DNA of 60,000 nucleotides, from positions 26,910,001 to 26,970,000 of the forward strand of contig NC_087245.1 of the NCBI RefSeq assembly GCF_037042905.1, read 5' to 3'. Shown piece after piece: positions 50,877 through 60,000 of this stretch. Within the stretch, counting starts at the first letter, position 1. The number at the start of each line of letters is the position of its first letter. The notes below the pieces were generated by a model. The model made no database searches. It worked only from the letters and a program-made list of their open reading frames with translations, and was not told the origin of the DNA. Origin of the DNA: Lytechinus pictus (lineage: Eukaryota). Made by a program: the position numbers and the translations under genes.

Positions 50877-51196
50877 TTAAAAATGAAATTAGCTTACACT
50901 ATAATGATGATTATTTTCTTGAACAGAAAATGTTCAAATAATCGATAATGTTATTATTGTTTGATTACCTTTCTTAACACTGTCATCAAAATCATCATAT
51001 TCATATAATTTTTATATTTCTATTAAATCAGGTTCGCGTGAGAATAGACTAACTAATTAAGTGACTTTCATTTACTTCGGCTTCTTCATAAAACAATTGA
51101 TGAATAAAACCGTTGTCATCTTGTCTTTCCTATCCTATTCTTTTATCTCCGGCATATCGATTTATAAAAGATCTCTCTATCCTTATTACATTGGGG

Positions 51197-51232
<36 letters not shown>

Positions 51233-51295
51233 TTAACAATATTTCAACAGGATACCCAATCAACATAAAAATTGCTCTCCCTTGGGGTCCTGCAT
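51197..51295 (-). mobile_element. LINE-type 3' terminus with (TAAA)n tail
   Basis: (attt)n followed by caggataccca...ggggtcctg, similar to the 3' end at 44718-44765. Confidence 0.5.
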
Positions 51296-54148
51296 ATTAA
51301 AAAAACAATCACAATATATCTTGTTATACACAGTAAAATTAACATGAGAAAATGTACATACATTATGATAGAACATAATAGTTGAAGTCAAATATAAACG
51401 AAACTATAAATAACTATTAACTACGCACATCATTAGAAAGAAGGGTCTGTACATAGAACATAATAATCGAAATTGACATCGGAGATATCTACTATTGGAA
51501 AAGAAGCTGCAACTGGATTTAAAGGTTATCTTTTAAATATTTCTTTAAAAAAATATTACCATTAAAACAGCAATTATATTTAGAAAATCATTGCGCAGTC
51601 GAACTCAAATAAGAGTTGCTATTTTAAGCAAATTAAAAATATATATATGACCAATTAAGAAGAAAATCGCGCAAACAACATGATGGAAATATTTTGGGAT
51701 AAACAACAAGTATTTGCGTTTTATTCGACTTTGGTAAAGGGTTGAATACATGAGATATCGCAAATTACAGGAGCGATCATTTGACTTGACTCATTGTTGC
51801 GCTCACCGTGAAGTTACACCCAATAACGAGAAGGCGCCACATGTGCTCTGTTTATAAATACATCGACCCAAATGAAGTCAAACTGTATATGGCAAAGAGG
51901 TTTTTGTCATACATGCGGATGGTACACCAGATAAGGCTCATTTATCTGATGGTTGTTTATTTGTTATGTCCTCCATGGCCGTACGCATAATTTTTTTTCC
52001 GGGTGGGGGGGGGGGACAAGATGCGTAAAAAATCTAAGAAACATAAAAGCGATGGAGCGAAGCGACCGAGCTTCTCATGGAGGCGCTTTTGCATTTTCGA
52101 AAGTAAAATTAGAGGATTTTGAGCACACTTTTGGTGATTTTTATTTTAAGAAATTCATTTAAAAAATTGTAGGTTTTCAAAATTTCTCGGGGCAACTGCC
52201 CCTTCCCCCCCCCCCTGCGACACTATACAGCAATGATGTCTTCGGTATGAATACAAAAAAAAGAGAAATGCCAAGAGGTTTATTTAGCAGGATTACAAAA
52301 ATAACTCCAAAATAACAATAATGAGGAGGATTTTTTACTTATGAAGGTACGGTATTTTTCTTATGCGTTTTGGGAAATCTTGTATAAATATGAAATTCTC
52401 ATTAAAGCATACCATGAAAAAATAATGTCGAAATAGGGTAATAAGATGCCATGCATGTTTACACAATCTATAAAAACCAAACTTCCTAAGAGTCTGTAGC
52501 AAACCCATGCTCAAAATAATTCAAACACTATCAACAAGAAAAATGACAACAAACAACATCAACAATAGCATAATATGACAAAATACTTACAGTCACGTCA
52601 TGACCCTGTTTTCTTTTATTTTCACTGAACTGTGAAACAAAATTTACACAAGACAATTTTAAACTAATTCTTCTTTCTGAAACTTTGTACTTCCACATGT
52701 TTTCCCTTTTCTACACATCGGTACAATATCACACTTTAGACTACTGGAAATCAACTGGTAAGATATTTTGATTGAACATATTGAACAGAAAAGACATCCC
52801 AATGATTGCGTATCACTATAGTGTTTGCAGGAAAAAGTAATCATGGTAATATATGAATCAATATAAAGGACGTTTGCTAAAATTGAAATAGTCTAACACA
52901 TGTATAAAATGCGTTTAAATATATGCCATATACAAATATTATCCATAATATTATCAACATTATTATATGTGATATAAACAATGATGTGCAGTATAAACTT
53001 TTCTTTTTGAAAAGTGTAAATCAACTAACGCAGCAGACGGCCATATTGTCAATATAATTAGCCAACTATCGACGAATCAGATGAGTTGTCTGACGATTCA
53101 TTATATGATTTAAACCTGAATTAGACGAGAATAATCCAAATATCAAAAGCGTCATGACAATTGGTGAATACTTCGGTGGATTTCATCTATCACGTGGAAA
53201 TCACATGCACTATAATAACAAGTGGGTACTTGGGACTTCAAACCAGATAACACACCATGGAAATTTAATCTAGCATTTTAAGCATCCCCTACTCTTATTT
53301 CCATCATGATTTGACAAGAAAATAGGGCATTGGAACAACAGTCATATTTATGAGGATATTATATTAATACTCAGCCTACACAAAAAAAAATAATAATGAG
53401 AAAAGCCCACTTCTCAACAGCAGGCGGGCCTTTTCTTCATAAACAATTCCTTCGTATACCAGGTTCTTGAACTTCAGCCTCGAAAAACACACAAATTTAT
53501 TCGAAAATGCTTTCACGGAGGATTCTCCCTACTCGCTTCGCCCCCCGAATTCTTGAATAATGTCCTTGATCTCGTCTTTCCCGCCACTTGTATTGCAGAA
53601 AAACAACCTCTCAATCGTTGTCTGACACTGCTTCTCTTTTTCAAGACAGCAGCTGCAGTGTGACTAAAGAGAAACTGATTGCTGTTTTTTTTTGCGATAC
53701 ACTTCAAGGGAACTTTTTTAAAGCATATTTTCACTTTATTCAACTGATGACCACAATGTGTTTTTTAATCACTGTCTGGATATCATATCTATCATAAATC
53801 TATGAATAATGAGGGCAATCCACAACCAAGTGTAGTCATTTCTATATATAGATAATAATGTATACTCATGAATATAGTGCGCCTAATTGAAACATACAAA
53901 AGAGTGTTTTTTTTCCGTATATTTTATTTATATAATTAAATAAAATGTCTCTTAACCAACGTGACTGAGTAATAATTTCAAGAAAACAGCAGAATCACAG
54001 AAAGACCTTATCATTTATTGGTAGGAAATTCTTATTTCTTATTTCTCTGTCTCTTGTTTATCTGTCTTCTGCTTTAAACGTTTAGTTTTTGCATTCACCG
54101 AAAGCCTAAACATCCATGTCCTGTCAAGACGAATAAATCGAAGACATA

Positions 54149-55955
54149 CACTCCCCTCCAAAAGTTTGGGAACACCTGCATTCAGTGTGTGCTTTTCTAT
54201 ACTTGGTAGACTTTATTGATATTCAGGCTCATAGCACAGTTGAATTTTTGTTTTAAAGTGAAGATTATATACAGCAGTGTAAATTTTGATATTGATTCAA
54301 ACAAATTTATACTCTCTTAAATGGCTGGCTACCAGTCAAGATGGCATTCTCTCAAAATGCTAACTTCTTTTATTACATGCAGTTATTGCAGTTATTCAGA
54401 GCTTTTACACTAATACATGTGCAACTTCATTCATTTTTCCTTTTCCTAGTCAGAAGTCAGACACAAAAATAAAATTAAACAATACTCAGTGTTTCACTGA
54501 TATGGAAAACACAGATGAGTCTCACTTGTTGGGCAAGTTTCTCGAACCTTCCTGTCTAGTTCTTCCCAAAGCAGCTCGATGGGATTGAAATCTGGGGACT
54601 GGGGCGGCCAATCCATGATTTCCAGGACTTGTTTCTCTTCCTTTTTCTTCAAGTATTCTTTGCATAGTCTTGACGTGTGTTTTGGGTCATTGTCCTGCTG
54701 GAAAACGAATCCTCCGATCAGGCGTTTCCCTGAAGGGATGGCCTTCCGCTGTAGGATTGAATGATAGCCGTTCTGGTTGAGGATACCCTCTACACTGTGC
54801 AAGCTGCCTACCTTTCCTGCACCAAAGCAACCCCATACCATGACATTACCACCACCATGTTTCACAGTTGGCTTGATGCACTGGGCCCAGCATCTTTTCT
54901 CCCTTTCGCCGTCCCACATAGGTACGTCGCTTGCTGCCAAACACATCGAACTTTGATTCGTCAGACCAAAGAACCTTCTGCCACTGCTCCAAAGACCAGT
55001 CTTTATGCTTCCTAGCCCAAGCAAGCCTTTTCTTCCGGTTCTTTTCTTTGAGGAGAGGTTTCCTTGAAGCCACACGGCCCATCAGCCCTGCTCCACAGAG
55101 ATGTTTCTAACAGTTGAAGAACATACAGGCATCTCACGGGTGTTGTTGAGGTCAGCTGTAATCTGTGGGCAAGTCAGACAACGGTTGCGCAGACTGCTCA
55201 CCCGAATGTATTTATCTTCAGCAGGAGATGTTGTTTTTGGCCTTCCACTTCGTCTCCTGTCCCCATTAGACCCAGTGGCCTCTTTGCGTTTCAGGCTGTA
55301 GTGAACAGCATGGATACTGATCTTGAGTTTCCCGGCTATTTCTCGCATGGAGTAACCTTCTTTCCTCAAAACTACGATTGACTGACGTGTTTCCAAAGAA
55401 AGCTGTCTTGTCTTAGCCATTTTAATTTTGTGACTGACTTTTGACTAAGAAAAACTGAATAGGCAAAATGAATGAAGGTGCACTGGAATAAGTGTAAAAA
55501 ACTCTGAATAACTTTTGAATTCATGAATTTCAAATTGCACTGATGTCTACTCCACTTCCATGCATTTTCTTTAAAGAAGGATTAGGTATTTGTCAAGTTC
55601 AGATGTATTCCATGATAAAGATGCAGATTTCCATAAATTAACTGTCTTATGAACAATACTGAGCAACAAATTAATGGGAAGAATTTCAGAATAGAACCCC
55701 AAACAGAACAATGTTAAAAGAAGTAAGCATTTTTAGAGAATGCCATCTTGACTGATAGCCTGCCCTCTTCGGCAGCTGCACGTCTCTTAAGAGCTTTGAA
55801 ATTGTTTTAATCAATGATAAAGTGTACACTGGTGTATAGCCTTCACTTTAAAACAAAAATACAGCTGTACTATGAAGCTTAACTTCAGTAAAGTCTACCA
55901 AAGTTCGAAAAACACACGCTGAAGGCAGGTGTTCCCAAACTTTTGAAGGGGAGTG
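54149..55955 (-). mobile_element. Tc1/mariner DNA transposon with DD38E spacing (Intruder-like), defective
   Basis: TA|CACTCCCCTCCAAAAGTTTGGGAACACCTGC ... GCAGGTGTTCCCAAACTTTTGAAGGGGAGTG|TA; 1807 bp; long degenerate TIRs. Confidence 0.92.
54494..55420 (-). pseudogene. Tc1-like transposase pseudogene
   Basis: HTH and GRPK region, then WSDESKF, KHGGG.VMVWGCF, QQDNDPKH and SPDFNPIE across three ORF segments; frameshifts near 55105 and 54885; C-terminus missing after CPTSETHL. Confidence 0.9.
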
Positions 55956-56755
55956 TACATTATATATATTTCAACATTATCTTTAAAATTGAGATGATAT
56001 ATAACATACCATATTTTCTGAATCGTAATTGTTTTAGATCGTCAATAAAAAAAAACCGCTCAATAACCTCACAACCCCACACCCACATTCACATATGCAC
56101 CATTCCATCCCCATACAATGACATAATGCATGAGCGTCGATCGAACCCCTTTCACTATGACGTCATTATCAGCTTATATTGTTGAACTTGTCTCGGAATG
56201 CAATAGAGGGCACACATTTTCAAAATTGTAAACATCTCGCGGCATCAGAGCAAAATGATTCGGAGCGATGTTGTTATTGCGTGTTGAACGCCAAATCAAA
56301 CATCAATTAGGGGGCTTTATCAAATTACGTAGCAGAGACTTGATGTCATGAATAAGAATCACTTTGGGGGACGTAACAGGAGACAACAAAATAATAGAGA
56401 GTAAAATAGAATTTGCACTTATGACGTCTATCTGTATTTTCTGCCCTGATTTGATGTGTATTCGTCGGTGCAAATGATGTTACGTTATTATAGGTGACAA
56501 GAGGTGTTGTCATATACAATTTGGTTATACGCTTTCTTATTATGACATGAATGAGGTAGAGAAATATGGATATGGATGCGAGAAGTATAATGACTGTCTA
56601 CTTCGTAAAAATATAGGAAACCATTAAAAAACCGTAAGAAAACCAGGTTTCTTTATTTTTCCCTGTGGTGTGCACAATAGAATGAATATAATGCAAACAC
56701 ATTGAATATAATAGCGAGCAAGATCATGGTTTGGATATGATATTAGACAATTATA

Positions 56756-56926
56756 CAGTGCGTCCCAGAAAAAACGAAACCGAGATTTAGCGATGATTTT
56801 TTTTTATTTCAGATGAAAGAGGAGATTCTAAGCTTTACAATGGTAGGTCATTTGTCTATTGTATTTGCGATTAAGTTATGATAAATCATCGATAAATCTC
56901 GGTTTCGCTTTTTGTGGGACGCACTG
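56756..56926. mobile_element. Tc1/mariner-type MITE, 171 bp
   Basis: TA|CAGTGCGTCCCAGAAAAAACGAAACCGAGATTTAGCGATGATTT ... AAATCATCGATAAATCTCGGTTTCGCTTTTTGTGGGACGCACTG|TA. Confidence 0.85.
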
Positions 56927-57445
56927 TATAATTATGCAGCTAATTCAATCGGAATCATAACAGAATTATAAAAAAATCAGGTTTTATCGAATTAAACATA
57001 GAATTTTTTCAGAGAACTACTTTCTTCTTTTTCTTCTTCCTCTTCTTCTTCTTTGTCGTCTTTGTTATCAGCCACATTTTCACCAATCTACCCCTCCCTT
57101 AAAATTATACATCTCAGAATTATTCCATTAAAAAAATTACAGCATTTTTATTAGGGAGACATACTGTTTGTCGAGTTTTGTTTGTAGCTTCTTCACGCAC
57201 GCCATGTGTAAAATCGCCCTATTTTACAGAGTACTATAACTTTGGAGAGATGACCACAATTTAAAAAATCGATGTGATTACATTCTTAATTTAGAATGAA
57301 TAGACACAGTGATGAATCCTTCTTCGCAAATTTAATTCATTCAATTTATGTTTATTGCAAGGATAACGCATTTATAACATTGTTCATGTACATTGACACA
57401 ATTAGGAAGAGAAATGGGCGAATTAAAAATAATCCCTCACTTATA

Positions 57446-58885
57446 CAGTGCGTATACAAAAAAGTTTACACTTAGAAATAATCCTGTAAAATTATTTAAG
57501 TGTAATATCCAAAAGCAGTTTCCAGATCTCTTTAAGCAAATAACGATATAACTGTCGAAAAATCTTTCCGCTTGAGTGAGCACCACTTCCTAAAAAAGTT
57601 CGTTAAAGGAGAATGAAACCCTTGAAACCAGCTGAATCCATATCAAAGAGAAAAATCAAAGAAACATATTGTTGAAAGTTTGAGGAAGATTGAATGAATA
57701 ATAAGAAAGTTATGAGCATTTGAATATTGAGATCACTAATGCCATGTAGATCCTCCCATTGGCAATGCGACCAAGATCTGTGATGTCACACACGTACAAC
57801 TCCCTCATTGCTTTAGTACTTATTTCACTTATATTCTCACTTTTATAGAATCTATCACAAGGTGAGATGTTCTCTTTATGAGAGGGCAAGTACAGAGGTT
57901 TCACAACATTATATCATTGATGAATCGTTTGTCATATGATTAGAATGAGCAAAAAGAGATGTTTTGGGGTATATTTTCAGTGTCCAAAAGGGGAGAGTTG
58001 TTCATCTGTGATATCATAGATCTTGGTTGCGTTGCCAATGGGAGGATCTCCATAGCATTAGTGATCTCGACATTCAAATGCTCATAACTCTTCTATTGCT
58101 AGTCCTATTTTACTCAAACTTTTGTTGATCTTATTCTTTGATTTTTCTGCTTTCACAAAAGCTAACTTGCTCCAAGAGTTTCATTCTCCTTTAAAAAGGA
58201 TTCGTGCAGAACATGAACATAAAATCCAATTGCGCCCCCCCCCCCTCCCCACACACCGAGGCCATCATGATGATATCTGCTTTACACAGAGCTGTGATTC
58301 ACATGAAATGGCTGAGGTATGATTTTTCTTCTGTTTATCATAATGAAGCTTAGGAAAATTGTGGATAAACAAGTATTAAATAAAATATGAAATGTAAACC
58401 CACTTTAAATGATAAAAAATGAAATCATGCTGGAGGTATCTGAAATAAACATTTGTTTACATTCAGTTATGTCCTCAGATCCAGCTGGCACAAAAAAAGG
58501 TAAACATGGTAAAGGTTGGGCTGACCTAGGGTTAAAATGTTGATTTGGATTTGGGTGGCAAAGTTGTGACAAAATGTTTAAATGTATCTGTTTTAATTAA
58601 ATTGGCTAAAAATGCAAAAGATATGTATAAGAAATGTACCGACGGTCAGTTCGATTTCGCCTTTTTTGAAGCATGAATATTAGCATTTCTGCGCAAACCG
58701 ATTTCTGCGAGCTTTACAAAAATGGACAGTGCTCACTCAAGTGTAACATTCTGTCTAAATGTTTACTTTCATTTGATAGATAAGACCCAAACCTAACAAT
58801 ATATGTGAAAAAATCATCCCCATGTTGTATGTTTTTCAATTCCCAGGACTTTCACAAAGTGTAAACTTTTTATTGACACGTACTG
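57446..58885. mobile_element. Tc1/mariner-type non-autonomous element hosting a nested MITE
   Basis: TA|CAGTGCGTATACAAAAAAGTTTACACTT ... AAGTGTAAACTTTTTATTGACACGTACTG|TA; inner inverted cttgagtgagcac / gtgctcactcaag. Confidence 0.75.
57607..58190. mobile_element. TTAA-flanked MITE with ~180-bp TIRs
   Basis: ttaa|aggagaatgaaac ... gtttcattctcct|ttaa; inner arms gagatcactaatgc..tcctcccattggcaa / ttgccaatgggagga..gcattagtgatctc. Confidence 0.85.
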
Positions 58886-59769
58886 TATATAAATGGACAT
58901 ATTTTCATGTTAATGTTGAATCTCTCACATCTTGTTGTCGATTATACATATAATGTTAATTTATGTATTACACGATTTCACATTGAGCAACTGTATTTAT
59001 GTATACATGTACAGAGCGATGGGTCTATATTTGTATTCACATGATAACATAATACCTACTTTGTTTGATTTATTTTTCGCTTTTGTCACGGTTTCCGCCC
59101 CGTTTCCAATGCGGTTGTTCCTTTATTTCTTTTATTTACTCCTGAACCTTGAAAGTTTTCAAAGTCTTGGTTGATTGTTTCTTTACAAAATACATAAGAA
59201 ACTTACGGGATTTTATTTCAAAGAGCAGTATTTACAAATCGATTGATATTTTTTTCTCGTTGTGAGTGTTCCAAGGACGTAGGGAGGACGTAAGAGGGAG
59301 CCATTCACAGAATGTAGATGCACGCCATTGACATGATTGTTACACCGAGCATGACTGATTTAAAAGGGCATCGACTTGACCTGAATTATTATATTTGAAG
59401 TCGTTGGGTGAAGACTGCCTTTTATCAGAGAGCATCATGTAAGATTTTACTATTTAAACAGTTAAGTCATAATATGATCAATATTGCACATTAAACAAAT
59501 CTTGTCACAATAAATAATCCCTGTATTTATCTCAAGCGATCTACTTTAGCAGATGACCAACCTTTCCCTTTAATACACCCCTCCTTCTCAGTCAGCGGCT
59601 GATCCTGGAAAAGTGTCTATATACATTATTTATAAGGTCAGTACTGTACTGTTAGTAACTATAAGCAGTGTCGATTGTTTTTTTTTCATAGGTTAATATG
59701 TGTGTGATGGAGTGCGAATGTGTGTGCGCGTGGGGTTGTGTGAGTGTGGGGTGGGTGTGTTAGTAAGGT

Positions 59770-60000
59770 TTATTTCCGATTCGTCTAATTGCCAACTCGT
59801 CTACTATTATTTGGTCTACCATAATTTCGTCCACTCATCACCTGGTCTACTTTAAATTAGTCTAATGCCATTTCGTCTAATGACCGGTTGGTCCAATAGT
59901 CATTTAGTCCATATACCATTTGTTGTAATTAAACTAAAGTGTTAATTGTGCAAAATGAATGAAAAGAAAATAAGTATTAGACCAACTGGTTATTAGACGA
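59770..60000. repeat. Interspersed repeat with tandem tcgtcta/ggtcta units and inverted copies, cut by the window end
   Basis: Repeated tcgtcta/ggtcta, then tagacca/tagacga in inverted orientation. Confidence 0.55.

Noticed and set aside
53401..53437. Hairpin plus T-run resembling a rho-independent terminator
   Set aside because: Eukaryotic context and no adjacent gene; likely chance.
59770..60000. Short spaced repeats resembling a CRISPR array
   Set aside because: The units are 6-8 bp, irregular and partly inverted, with no cas genes; this fits a transposon subterminal repeat.

Overview
AT-rich animal genomic DNA with spliceosomal GT-AG introns. The repeat types suggest a marine invertebrate, probably an echinoid (inference). 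Two convergent protein-coding genes can be assembled from splice signals and reading frame. Gene 1 (+ strand, 285-10644) lacks its 5' end and has 12 visible exons (~1016 aa). It encodes five tandem FAMeT-like (Methyltransf_FA-type) domains, a Thr/Pro linker and a Ser/Glu/Lys-rich tail. Gene 2 (- strand, CDS 21191-15613, 4 coding exons, 514 aa) encodes an acidic, disorder-like protein. It carries three copies of a basic-TP...VPK...poly-Glu motif, and each copy is only completed across a splice junction. A perfect RFX X-box lies next to candidate 5' UTR exons at ~33.3-33.5 kb. The remaining sequence (22-60 kb) has no supportable host CDS and is rich in transposons. These include a frameshifted Tc1-like element with DD38E spacing, a LINE RT fragment inside a CACTG-ended MITE, a CR1 fragment inside an L2, several TA-, TTAA- and CAG-flanked MITEs, and a degenerate Penelope-type minimal hammerhead motif. 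No rRNA, tRNA or CRISPR array was recognised.
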